DNA of 64,000 nt, from contig JBNZDD010013720.1 in the NCBI GenBank assembly GCA_050575255.1, positions 3,871,453-3,935,452 on the forward strand, in the 5' to 3' direction. Shown here piece by piece: positions 12,959-25,569 of this stretch. The notes under the pieces were generated by a model that searched no databases, was not told the origin of the DNA, and was given only the letters and a program-made list of their open reading frames with translations. Origin of the DNA: Harriotta raleighana. Taxonomy: Eukaryota. The translations under genes and the position numbers were made by a program. Each line of letters starts with the position of its first letter. Position 1 is the stretch's first letter.

Positions 12959-14063
12959 AGATTATACCGTACCAGGAGTTTTCTTCTTCTTTGTCTTTCC
13001 TTCTGAGTAGCTTCTTAGTATAGTAGTTTCTTCTTTCTTTAAGGGGTACCTTCTTTTGTCCCTGGATTTGTTTTCAACAGCAGCAGCTAGAACATCTGTG
13101 TTTATATCCACTTGTTTGTTTAACCCTTCTAAGCTACTTAACTCTAACCATCTGTTTTTTCACTGATACCACTTTCTTGATTTTACTTTTTCGTCCCTCA
13201 AAAACTATCACATGGAAAACATTCCTTCTGCCATGACCGTATTGGTGAAAACATGGACTTCGACAAGGAACATGTGCTGGTCAGATGTCAAACAACCAAT
13301 TAATGAACATGGTTGCGGGGAGCTAAGCTAAGGGGTCTGCTTCGAGTGAACTGGCTCCAAAGTGACAAACCTGGTAATGGAATGTCGGTATCTCGCCAGC
13401 GCCCTCTGTAGCGGTCTTGGTTCCTGAGCCTGGTGGGTTCACTGTAATCCAAGGCATTGCAGACTAGTCACTGGGGACAGGAAGTCATCCGACTCAGCTC
13501 CTGTTAACCTGGCTAGCCAAAGCCATGGGGTGATCCTACCCGGTCAAGCAGCGGGAAAGCTTGTAAGACATCTATTATCATACATCAACATAATTTTGTT
13601 GTTCTAACCCTCACCTAAAACAGGTACGTTGTGGAGCATCCCCTCTCCTCATTAATATGTCCAATCAAGTAAGGAAAGCATAACAAATATCCATCAGATA
13701 CATTGTTAAATGTTCCAAAATTACCAGCCTCATTTGAAAGTAAACAGTAAAGGGCACACGTAGAACCAGGCAATTTGAGGACATGAGGCAAAGAAAGGCA
13801 GGCTTTATTTATTTCTATCAAGGTTAAAAGAGTACATCATCAGCAAAATTTCAGTCAGAGGTATTGTTCTATAAGCATACTGGTCAACTAAAAAATATTT
13901 TACCAATCAACAGCATTACAAAGTAATTACAAGCATATGTTTAATGCTGGAAACACTTAGCAATAGTATATGCATCATTCTTATATAGAAGGATCAACTT
14001 GCTCAGAATGCTTCACTTTGGACAGGTGAATGGAGTCACTGTGGGAGGGACAACATGGCAATA

Positions 14064-14932
14064 CAGTTAACCCTCATCGAATGCGACTTTATCGATTGAG
14101 AATTCAAGTGTACATGACAAAACAAAAGCATAATTTTTTGTACAGCACGCGTAAAACTTGTGTATATGTGCTGGCTGGCCCCCGTGCGCATGCGCATTTT
14201 TGACGAGGCCGGCAGATCCCGACTGAAGCCGATGATTCTTCAGCTGGCTGGCCCCGCACGCAATGCATTCCTGGGTAAATACAATAATGCTTCGGCCTCG
14301 GAGAATCTTATTGCATTGGATGGTAAACAGAAGAGACAGAGAGACAGGATCATACAGTAATGTAGGCTAGTCTACCCAGTTGTTTTATTGTTTTTTTTAT
14401 TGCTTTATTGCTTTGTTATCACTCATTATAGCAATAAGGCGATAACAAAGCAGCTGAGACCTTTCTGCATCTCCCGTCCCAACTGCCTGCAGCACTCCAC
14501 CCACCCCGCCCGCCTCAGAGCGGCTCGCTGCCCTCCACCTCCCCGAGTTCCCCCCGCCTCCGAGCGGCTCTCTGTTCCGTTCCCCCTTCGCCTGCCTGCC
14601 ATTCTCCCTAGTTTCTCTTTGCCTCCCTCCTGGGCTGCCGTAATTTGCCCACTTCCCGGGTGGTAAGAGACGAGAGCAGGAAGAGTGGGGCAAGGGGGTG
14701 GGGAGCAACAAGAGTGGGGAGAGGAAGGAGGAGCGAGGAGCGGGCCAGCCAGCTGTAGCCCGTCTCAGTAGGTACCTTGCATCGGATGTTCTTGTAGGCT
14801 TGAGGTGGATACCCTGCGACTGGATTCCCCTAACCCCCCTTTTCCCATTACTTCTTAAGCTTCTCTAATGCAATTTCATTGAGTGCGCAGTTTTCCAGGA
14901 ACGTAACCCCAGCGATCGACGAGGGTTAACTG
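14064..14932. mobile_element. Non-autonomous Tigger/pogo-like DNA transposon, GC-rich interior
   Basis: TIRs CAGTTAACCCTCATCGA / TCGACGAGGGTTAACTG, TA at left; shorter relative at 48992-49244. Confidence 0.85.
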
Positions 14933-15359
14933 TTCTCAACTGAAGCACAATTCTGTGAAATAACAGCAGAAGAGGTGGGAACTGTTATGTCTGATTGTTT
15001 CTGTTTCTGCAATAAACTACAACTGATTTGTGTTTCCTGCTGGTATTAGCTTTTGATGTGGTAGATGGTATTGGCAATCATAGAATAGTAGATGATATCT
15101 TCTTTCTTGATAGAGTGAGTTAGATGGAAGTAGAACAGCTCATAAAATATTTCAGTCTTTTTATATGTAGGCATAAAACTATTATAGCTTTGCTAAATGG
15201 CCTTCTATTTCTAATTTTACTTGGGAAATACTAGAATTGACAAATTAGCTTTCACCAATATTACTATTTCCTGATGTATCTCATCTCATCTTCTTTTGCC
15301 CATGCTTGTTTAATCTGTGTAAATATCTAGATTTTTATAGAGGTCTGGAGTTTAGGATC

Positions 15360-15830
15360 ACTGTTGTCCTGATGGATTCTATGTCAGACGTCAAGTTCTG
15401 GAAGGAAGCCAATTTTCTTCAGTTGAATGTAATAAGTTCGAGGGCCACTTGCTTGGTTTCCTTCAATGCCTCCCTCATCTCAGGCATTGATAGTATCACT
15501 ATGTATGGATGCATACTCCATCTCACCAATCCAGTACAGAACTACGATATCTTGTTCTACTCTCAACTATCTCTTAAAATCTTTGCCATGACCTGTTCTG
15601 CTCCACCCAACCCTCAGCAAAGTTGCCCTCCTCTGCCATTCCCTTCGGACTGCTGAAACCATTATCCAAGCTTTTGTTACATCTAGACTTGATTATGTTA
15701 ACTCCCTGCTCACCAAACTTCTCAATTCTTCCCTCCATGAGTGGTACATTATTCAGAATTTTACAACTCGTGTCCTCTCCCATAGTGGTGCTGTATAATC
15801 CAGTCACTCCCCAGCCTCGCTTGCCTTCAC
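15360..15830 (+). mobile_element. Old L2 RT C-terminal fragment
   Basis: MSDVKFWKEANFLQLNV and gctgaaaccattatccaagcttttg...ctagacttgattat (AETIIQAF..SRLDY). Confidence 0.75.
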
Positions 15831-15832
15831 TA

Positions 15833-16160
15833 GGGTCCTGTAGCTTAGTGGATAGAGTACTCACCTCACAAGCAAGAGGATATTGGTTTGATTATTGGTT
15901 AATTGAGTTTCCTTAATCGGTATGCCTCTGTTTACCTACCACTAAATAGGAACCCAGTCGTCAGTCAACTGGCAGATTGCTTTTTCTAGGGGTAATATTT
16001 CTTTCAAATTAAAAAAATAATACTTTGGTCACTGTTTGTGGACTGTTTGTGGGACACTGTAGTATGCAATTGGCTGCCCTGTTTTGCTCACAAAATATAG
16101 TCAATTCACTTTACAGTGTATTCTGTGAAGCACTTTATAAATGTAGTTTGTTGTTGTTAT
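15833..16160 (+). mobile_element. tRNA-derived SINE, longer subfamily
   Basis: Same head and core plus an extra central block (cctctgtttaccta..taaatag..ggcagattg), also seen at 25.4 kb. Confidence 0.75.
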
Positions 16161-17326
16161 TGTCTGTACAAATAAAGCCTGCACTGGATTACATGTTGTA
16201 CAATCAATTAAGATAAGGCCAGACTGGCTTCCATTTTCTTGCTCTATTCTGATGGATCCTGAAAGATTGACCTGCCCCTTAATATGCCAGACTAATTCAT
16301 TCACAATTAAAAATATTAAATAATTTCCCAGTATTTTACAAAGTCAAAAACGAATATTGAAGGAAAATTGCAGCAGTGTATACTTATTCAAGACTAAATT
16401 TTAAAAATCCAAATGATTGAATATGTAATCATACTATAAAATTCCTGAGACCCCAAATGTTTCAGAATCTTAGCCTTAAAATTGCGGACGTACAATTCTA
16501 AGATCATGCAAAAACAATTAAAATGTTGTTAAATTCCTTTTGAGTTTCATTGCTTTATGCTTTTGTTTTCTTGGTACTGCCCCATGTGTGTTAAGCTTCG
16601 CAAGTTTATATGCAAGGAGGATGCAACTGATAACGCCATGTTAGTATTTTATTCACTGCATCTTTCCTGAGAACAATTTGAAATGCAAGGGTTATAAAAT
16701 TGATATTGTTGTGGAGCTCCCCTCATGCCTTCTATGGTCACTGACATAACACCGCAAACATTGACAACACTCGCCAGGTCAAGCAAAGTGAAGGGTTTGG
16801 CTACAGCTTAAATTTCCATAATTGACAATTCAGAACTCACTTTGTTCCTTCATAAAATGGATGTAAATATGTTATTGAATATGCAGGAGATCTGTATTGG
16901 TTTTGGTTGGAATGTCTCCTTACCAATCACTGCCATCATCCAATATTCTAGATAGAAATAATGATCACACAAAACAGTTTACTCCATAAATGTTAATATT
17001 GAAGAAATAATACTTTGAAAACAAAGCTATAAAAGAGTTAATTGTGGATAATGACAAAATTAGCAGGTGGTATGAAGATAAAGGAGTGAAAGTTTGTTGC
17101 CAACAGTGAGTCCTGGGAAGTCCAATAGCTCTTGGCATCAGACTGGTTCAGCTTCGAGAAACAATTTCCTTCTGCTTTAGCTTTCTCAAGATCCATGCCT
17201 GTGACTCCTAACAGTGGGAGGAAATGACTTATGGGAATGATTCCCTGGAACGATTTCCCTGTTTGTATCAATTCTGTTTTTCATTTTTTAACAAGTCAAC
17301 AAAGATTGCGGGACTGTGGGGCACAT

Positions 17327-17552
17327 GGAGTCCTGTAGCTCAGTAGTTGGAGCACTTACCATGCAAGCGAGAGACCTGGGTTCAATTCCCAGTGGGTTAA
17401 AATCTTGGGCAAGTTTCCTTACTCCACATGCCTAATAATAATCTCTCAAAAAAAAAAAAAAAAATTGGTCATTTAAATCCACAACTATTTGTGGGACTCT
17501 GTGTGCAATTGCCTGCCACGTTTGGCCGCAAATATAAATTCAATTCACCTTA
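17327..17552 (+). mobile_element. tRNA-derived SINE, 3'-truncated
   Basis: ggagtcctgtagctcag head, T arm ctggg ttcaatt cccag, core. Confidence 0.88.
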
Positions 17553-18199
17553 CCTCTCGAAGATTGATCATTTTCAGCCACAGTTTGCAGCTTGTGTTGG
17601 TTAGATATTACAATTACATTAGCACTCAATGTTCTCCCATTCATTGGGTGATATGGGTTTGTTTAATCTTTCCAATGAGGAAGTTTGATTTTTAACACTG
17701 TTTAATGTTGCAATGCAAACCTTCAGCATGCTCCGAATACAAACTTCACTTTCAGCTCTATAGATGAAAGCTACCTTTTTTTACCAGCCGTCTTGCATTG
17801 TCAACCACAGATGTTACATGTTCTGTCTTCTCCACAATCGTAAATTCAATCTGTGTCTAAAGCATAGTTACTGAGCCATAGGATTGCAAGAATCTTTCTT
17901 CTAGAATCTTAATGTGCTAACTTGAACACAGTATCCTTCCCTCACTTATAGTTTCATCTTAGCTCAGTTGGTTGCACTCTCACCTCTGAGTCAGAAGATT
18001 CAGAAAAGACCATTGTGGTCTATCAGGCCAGCACCCAAATAAAAACAACACAACACTATACTACACTCATGCTTCTGAATCAATTTCTTTGCCAAATAGC
18101 ATTCTAATAGCATTTTTGAAATTACTGGCATAATCCATCCCCCTACTGTGCTTCCCAAGGCAGTCTATTCCACATATTTACTTCAGGGGAAAGTAATTA

Positions 18200-18892
18200 C
18201 AGTAAAAGCCTGTTTATCCATGACTCGATGAACCGGAACATCTGTATAACCAGCACGTAAAAAACAAGTCCCCATCTGATAATCCGGAAGTTATCCGGCC
18301 GAATAGCTGTGGTGCATTTAATGAATCGATTGTCGCACGAGAGTACTGTACAAGTATTTTGGCTTATCGCTAGCAGCGCCTAAAAGTCATACAAAAAAAA
18401 AGAAAGTCACACTGCCATATTTTTCCCTCGCGTGGCGGCTGCCATTGCAGAAGTTAGCGATAGACTGCCCACCTCTACCCCAGCATCATGGTTTCAAACC
18501 ATGTTTGTTTAAGTATCAATAATAAAGTAGCAATCCGATATTCTGTTATTATCTGTTATTATTTAGTCTATTATTAGTATGGTATATGTTAAAATAATCT
18601 TTACTTTTTTTTCAAAAAGATTTGGTGTTGGTTTTTTGGCATCGGATCCTACTGTTTAACCGGCAAGCCATTTAACCGGCATTGGCTAGGTCCTGGAGGT
18701 GCCGGATAAACGGGCTTTTANTATCTGTTATTATTTAGTCTATTATTAGTATGGTATATGTTAAAATAATCATTTTTTTTTCAAAAAAAATTTGTGTTGG
18801 TTTTTTGGCATCGGATCCTACTGTTTAACCGGCAAGCCATTTAACCGGCATTGGCTAGGTCCTGGAGGTGCCGGATAAACTGGCTTTTACTG
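18200..18892. mobile_element. Tigger/pogo-like MITE (includes an artefactual ~170-bp duplication at N18721)
   Basis: TA-CAGTAAAAGCCTGTTTATCC ... GGATAAACTGGCTTTTACTG-TA. Confidence 0.88.
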
Positions 18893-19354
18893 TACATCTA
18901 TACATTCACCTTTGCATCTCTATTTATTTAGTTCCACACAGTCGACAGCCTGGCTCATTTGGGAGCACTCTTGCCTCTGTTTCAGAACCCCACACATTGG
19001 GACATTGAGTACATATAGTGTAGATTAAAAAAATAGGTCTGTGAGAGTGGCAGGGAACAACTTTCTCTCCAATTTCCCATCATTCTGATTGGATCAGATG
19101 CTTACTGTTTGGGGAAGAGAAGCTTCTGATCTAACCCTTTATGACAATTGCACAAATTTCCAAATTTTCATTTTGGCTGGTTTCAATGTGGAATGTTTGA
19201 CATGTCCAAACACAGAAACAAGAGTATCACCACAGAAATCAACTGAATTGTATACAGAGAGGAATTTAATCCCAATATCAGCTCAAAAAAAAGGAATTTA
19301 AATGATTCTCTGTTTAGCTTGTTTTGTTCACTAGTGATGACTTTTAGATTACAA

Positions 19355-20045
19355 TAAAAATCCTTGCATTTGATATTGTGCTTTTCACATCTTTCCGTCT
19401 CAAAGCACTTCACAGAATATACAGAAAAACCCAGTTTATCCGTGACCCGATCAACCAGATTGCTCAACTCCCTCCCGGGGCAATTCTCCATTCCAGCAAT
19501 CGCGAGTTTGCTCACTTTGCACATGAATGCAATGCTTGTGCATGCACTCTTATTAAAGTTATGAACTTGGGTTTTTTACCAATCGGTTAAAAAATGCTTT
19601 TTTACCAATCTTTTTACTGAGTATGCTGGAATGCTTTATTGGTAAGTATCCATACAATATTCTGTTACTATTTAGTCTATTATTAACATGGTATGTTTTA
19701 AAATAAGTTAATCTTTTATGTTGGGTTTTCGGCAACTTGCCGCCCGTTTATCCAGCACAGTCAATTAGTCGACCCCCCCCGAGGGTACCGAATAAACTGG
19801 GTTTTATTGGACTGTAAAGTGAATTGACTGTACATTTGTGGCAGAAATGCAACAGCACATTGTGCACAGCAGAGTCCCACAAACAGTCGTGGATACAAGT
19901 GACCAACTTTATTATTTTTTCCTGAGGGATTATTATCAGGCATGTGGATTAAAGAACCTTGCCCAAGATTTTGCCCTGCCGGGAATCAAACCCAGACCGC
20001 TTGCTTCCAATATGATTTCTCTAACCACTGAATTACAGGCCTCCT
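19355..20045 (-). mobile_element. Full-length SINE interrupted by a MITE
   Basis: Tail 19355-19421; body resumes ctgtaaagtgaattg at 19812 and runs to the head at 20045. Confidence 0.88.
19422..19809. mobile_element. Tigger/pogo-like MITE nested in a SINE
   Basis: TIRs CAGAAAAACCCAGTTTATCCG / CGAATAAACTGGGTTTTATTG; inverse copy at 34212-34592. Confidence 0.88.
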
Positions 20046-20540
20046 AAAATCTAAGATGTATTAAAATTTCAAATTTAAACACTTCACTGCTTGCAATCAG
20101 TGAGAGTGAAGGGGATAATTTTATTGACTTTCAACAACAACAAAATTACACTTATACAGCGCCTTTCACATCAGGAGAATGTCCCAAGAATGTATTGAAT
20201 TGTTGGTGGTCCTCTCCTAGGAAGAGACGTGAAACCAAGGTCCCTGTTTAGGTGAACATTAATGCTCGCCTGACACTATTCAAAAACTAAAGGGTAATTC
20301 TCCCCATTCCCTAGCCAACAGACTCCCAGATGAAATTTATCATTCACTTCATGGCTGTTTGTGGGATAGTGCTGTCTCCAACTATAAAAATACAGTCACT
20401 GCACTACACAGCACATTGTTGGGTAGCATTTTGAGATACCCTCCTAGTATGAGATGGTAATGCAAGGATTTTTATTATACTATTAACATGTTGCTTGGCT
20501 ACATGTTTAGAGAGTCATTAACTTTTGCTTCAATCTGAGC

Positions 20541-20692
20541 CTTTTAAAAAATAGAGGGTTTAGGGGATTTGGGGATAGGGCAGGTAATTAGAGTTAGGTC
20601 AGAAGATCAGCCATGGTCTTATTGAATGGCGGGGCAGGCTCGAAGGGCCAAATGGCCTACTCATACTCCTAATTCTTATGTTCTTATGTTCC
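20541..20692 (+). mobile_element. CR1 3' UTR/tail
   Basis: Near-identical to 23145-23287; ends in (ttcttatg)2. Confidence 0.9.
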
Positions 20693-22001
20693 AATCCCCT
20701 CCAGACTGGGAAATGGTAACCAGTGAATTTTGGTTGTACCTTTGTGTTGAAATTTATATCTTTGCATAGGGAAAACCAACTCACCAGTTTTCTTTTTGTT
20801 TCTGTTATTAGGTGTCAATTTAGCCAACCAATGAACAAAATGTGATGGATATTGTAAAACAATAATTAGATCAAATCTAACTCAGCTAAACACATTCCAT
20901 CATTTAATAATATACCTTATATGTGTGAGGAGAGACATGATTAGCATGCCTAAAGATTTACAACACTTCAGGTTAGGAGGTTAAACGTCACATTAATAGG
21001 TATTCCAGATACAGAAATGACATTTTCTATAATTAGCAAAACAAATGCATTGTTCTTTAAAAATCAAAACAAATTGCACAATTATCAGAGCACCTCCACA
21101 TTGCGGAAGTTCACACTATCAGCACTTTCCTTTATCGGAACACATTATCAAAGATACAGAATTAAACTGTTAGAGAACCACGTGTAAGATTTGCTGCACC
21201 ACTTGATGTACCCTACCATTGTCGATCGGGCTTTCACCCTCTCTACCCCCAAACATTGGAACTCCATCCCACAATCCCTTCTCCTTCCCTTCTCTCCTTC
21301 AAGGACGTCCTCCCAACGTAAAAGGTGCTTTACCAATGTAATTTTGTTGTTATTGTTGTTGCACCTGTGAGATTTACTGTCTTTCCATGTACCTGCTATA
21401 ATAAAGGTGCTGCTCCAAACATTTATAATATTTAGTCCTTTAAAACTTTTGTCATCAATGCTTCAAGCCAAATAGTGATTCTTCATATTTCATTGGAGAT
21501 CATGCCAACCATTTGGACATTTCTTTCTTCATGTTTTGTACAAGGTATTCAGTATCCATGTAACAGTATCCCAGGAATTCTCTCTCACCTGTATACTAGG
21601 GATTTTGCCTGTTTCATGAAGAAAAATTCTGCTTATTCACCATCACTGTGCCGTCAAAGCGAAACGTCATTTATTTCCGCTGTTTCACGTTATCAATAAA
21701 TAATACTGCTCCCATGTAATACACCGTACATTCAAATACAAAGGCTAATCCCTTCCACTGTGAGCTGTGCTTGAAAGCACATATGAATAGAAGGTGAAGT
21801 TATATATGGCATTGTGTAAATAATATTAGAATTATGGATTTCATGGGGATTATTACATTGTTGGAAGCAGCAAGAATATTTTTCATGTAATACCTTCCAA
21901 TGACATTTACCAAAGTAGAGATTGATCCAGCATTGTGACCTGAAAGGTTGGCAGCACAGTTCTGTCCAGGCTCCATTCCAAGCGAATAACCTACTGTATC
22001 T

Positions 22002-23472
22002 TAATAATAATAATCCTTGCATTTGATATAGTGCCTCATCACGTCTTCTAAATGTCATGCTTGGCTAAGCTTTTAGAGTGTTTTGAAGATGTATCCAGCA
22101 GGTTGGATAGGGGGGAACCAGTAGATGTGGTATATTTAGATTTTAAGAAGGCATTTGATAAAGTGCCACACAAAAAGGCTGTTACACAAGATTAAGGCCC
22201 ACGGGATTAATGGGAACATATTAACATGGATAGAAGAATGGCTAACGGGTAGAAAACAGAGAATGGGGACAAACGGGTCATTCTCGAATTGGCAGGATGT
22301 AACTAGTGGAGTGCCACAAGGATCAGTGTTTCGGCCTCAGCTATTTATAATTTACATCAATGAACTAGACGAGGACATCGAATGTAATGTGTCTAAATTT
22401 GCGGATGACACTAAACTAGGTAGAAGAATGAGCTCTGAGGATGATGCAAAAAGATTGCAACAAGATACAGATAGGCTAGGGGCGTAGGCAAGTGGCAGAT
22501 GGAATTTAATGTGGGGAAATGTGAAATTATTCACCTAAAAATAAAAAAAAGACTATTTTCTAGAGGGGGAGAGGTTAGATAGTGTTAGTGTTCAAAAGGA
22601 TTTGGGTGTCCTTGTACACCAGTCTCAAAAAATTAGTTTGCAGGTGCAGCAAGCAACTAAGAAGGCGAACGGCATGCTAGCGTTCATTTCAAAAGGTTTA
22701 GAGTACAAGAGTAGGGAAGTCTTGCTGCAACTGTAAAGGGCTTTAGTGAGACTGCACCTAGAATATTGTGTGTGGTTTTGGTCTCCTTATTTAAAAAAGG
22801 ACATACTTGCCTTAAAGGGGGTGCAGCGTAGATTCACTCGGTTGGTTCCTGGGATGAGGGGCCTGACCTACGAGGATAGGTTGAATAAACTAGGGCTGTA
22901 TTCTCTAGAGTACAGAAGAATTAGGGGGGATCTTATTGAAACATATAAGATTCTTAAAGGGCTGGATAAAGTAGACACTGAGGGACTGTTTCCCCTGGTA
23001 GGAGAATCTATCACCAGGGGTTACAGTCTTAAAATTAAGGGACAGCCTTTTAGAACAGAGTTGAGGAAACATTTATTCACCCCAGAAGGCTGTGGATGCT
23101 CAGTCCTTGAACATTTTCAAGGCTGAAACTAATGGATTTTTTTTTTTAAATAGATGGATTAGGGGATATGGGGATAAAGCAGGTAATTAGAGTTAGGTCA
23201 TAAGATCAGCCATGATCTTATTGAATGGCGGGGCAGGCTGGAAGGGCCAAATGGCCTACTCCTGCTCCTAATTCTTATGTTCTTATGTCTCGAAGCGCTT
23301 CAAGGAATATAATGTAAAGTGGCAACCAAATGCGCACACCAGTGCCCCACAAGGAATCATGGATTAAATTGACCAATTTTTTTTATTTTTGAGGAATTAT
23401 TATTAGGTGTGTGGAGTAAGGAAACTTGCCCAAGGTTTCACCCTGCCTGGAATTGAATCCAGGTCTCTTGCT
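22002..23472 (-). mobile_element. SINE split by a CR1 insertion
   Basis: Tail 22002-22056 joins body 23288-23472 (cacgtcttctaaatgtc|tcgaagcgcttc). Confidence 0.8.
22055..23287 (+). mobile_element. CR1 LINE, 5'-truncated, disrupted RT ORF
   Basis: VDVVYLDFKKAFDKVPH, SGVPQGSV, KFADDTKLG, HLEYCVWFWSP, RRIRGDLIETYKIL; octamer tail (ttcttatg)2. Confidence 0.95.
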
Positions 23473-23743
23473 TCAAAGCGCTTCATGGAATATACCATAA
23501 AGTGAATTGATTGTATATTTGTGGGCAAAATGCGGAAGCCAATTGAGCACAGCAACATCCCCACAAACAGTAGTAGATTGAAATGACCAATTTTATTATT
23601 GTGGGTTCCTTTTTGGAGGGATTATTATTAAGTGTGTGGAGTAATGAAACTTGCCCAAGGTTTTTCTCCCTGACCTGTCTGGATTCAAACACACGTTTCA
23701 TGCTTGTAAGGTGAGTGCTCTAGCCACTGAGCTACAGGAATCC
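23473..23743 (-). mobile_element. SINE lacking its tail, in tandem with the previous copy
   Basis: Core and complete head (…ctgagctacaggaatcc). Confidence 0.88.
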
Positions 23744-24359
23744 ACAATAATTAACTTTAAAGCTTCTAAATCAGGAATTGAAGTCAGAATAGACTGGAGA
23801 CCATGATATAAAAGGTAAAAATATAACCACCAAAGATTGAAGAGAAGTGAGGCATAAAATAAAGATATCTACAATCAAGTATGGCAAGGAGCAGTCACCC
23901 TGATAGTGGATAGCTGCTGCTTGCCATAGTTATTGAAGCAAAGGTTGTTCTGATAATGTGCCAAGATTGAAAAGGTGAGTTTCTGTACGTTCAAGGCATG
24001 TGTTATTGTTGTGTTATTGTTTCCACCTGCATCCCGGTTTCCCTGTCAGCTGTGTAAACCTCTTTCAGATTTCCTCCAAGCATTAAAGGTGCTATATCCT
24101 GTATATGTAAAACTCTTGTTCTTGTTATCTGACCAATATATTCTAATTACTGGCTGCTCTCAAGGGAACCTGAATTGTTGGAATGTTGGGAAAATACAAC
24201 TAAGATTTTATTTTAACAACATAAATTTTCATTTAAATGCCTCAAAGTATTTCACGGGTAATTTATGTCAAATGCAGTGGTTCTCCACTGGTTTGTGGAG
24301 AAATATGCAAGGTCCTGCAGGTAGTCATAAGGTGAATTGGAGAATTGTTGCTCAGGATA

Positions 24360-24560
24360 TAAGAAAAACTCTTTTTGATCATGTCATGGGATCTTTAATG
24401 TTGATTGAAAATGCAAGCAGGAGCTCTGCTTAATGTCTCATCCAAGGAGCAGTACTCCCCTTATACTGCATTTAGTGTCTACCTACACTATAACATCAAA
24501 TTAACATATGGGGTTTAAGCCCACAACTTTCTGACTCAGAACAAAACAGGGCTATCAACT
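24360..24560 (-). mobile_element. Old Deu-type SINE fragment
   Basis: catgggatcttta, gtactcccct..tactgca, cccacaactttctgactcaga, shared with the 50.8-51.2 kb copy. Confidence 0.65.
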
Positions 24561-25214
24561 GGGTTAAGGTAACACATGGGTCAAAATTGACATAATTATG
24601 TGCCACAATAATTAAATTTAAAGCTTCTAATGAATTCAATTCCAAAAACAATCTATTGCTCATGATTGCTCATTAATTATTTATGTTTCGGATGTATTTA
24701 TATCCCTGATGTTAGAAGTGCTTCGTGTCCTCGGTTTTGCTGATACTTGATTTCTTGAGGCAGGTTTGATCATTTTTGTAGAGTCCACTGAGTCAGCCTC
24801 TAAATAGCTAGCTTGTCAATGAATGTTTTCCTGTTACTCAGTATGAACTGTCATTTTTTCCATGATCCTGGACAAGTGTTTCATTGGCTCTGGAAGTATG
24901 CAGGAGAACGCCTGTTGCTATTTGCCTTTTTCCTTTGTAATTTGAATTTAAATGGATTTCAATACTCGAGAAATGTGTCAAAACAAGCCAAGCAGCATTT
25001 ACAAATTTGATCCAACAAATTAATAAGATGCACTCCAAGATGCAATGCATCAAAGAATTGGAGATAAAGGAAATGTTAACTTTCGAATGCAGTGTAGAAC
25101 GGACCATCATTTACAAGATAGTTGCTCATTATTGACCCTCTAGAAGAATCCTTAATAATCAGATTTGTGGAGACCAATCAGAGATAAAATTTCAAAACCA
25201 AAGCTATACCGGCC

Positions 25215-25569
25215 AATAATAATCCTTGTATTTGATATAGCACCTTATCACGTTCTCGAAACTTCTCAAAGCACTTCACAGAATATACTCTAAAGTGGAT
25301 TGACTGTGTATTTTGAGAGAATCCTGGCAGCGAATTTCACACAACAGTGTTCCACAAACAATCATGGATTGAGGGACCAAATTCTAATTTTTTTGGGAGG
25401 GATTATTGTCGCTGGAAAAGTAATCAGGCAATCAACTGCCAACTATTTATTTATTGCTAAATAAACAGAGGAGTGTGTGCTGTAAGGAAACTCGGCCAAC
25501 ATTTCACTCTGTCAGAGTTTCCCATCACTTGCAAGGCGATTACTCTTACCATTAAGCTACAGAATGCCA
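25215..25569 (-). mobile_element. SINE, longer subfamily
   Basis: Tail, core, extra block (ctaaataaacagagg) and degraded head. Confidence 0.78.

Noticed and set aside
12962-13159. 65-codon stop-free Lys-rich frame on the minus strand
   Set aside because: No start codon or good acceptor; explained by purine-rich composition
11223-18889. Tandem duplications at 11224-11580 and 18550-18889 as real repeats
   Set aside because: Both abut single N bases; typical assembly overlap artefacts
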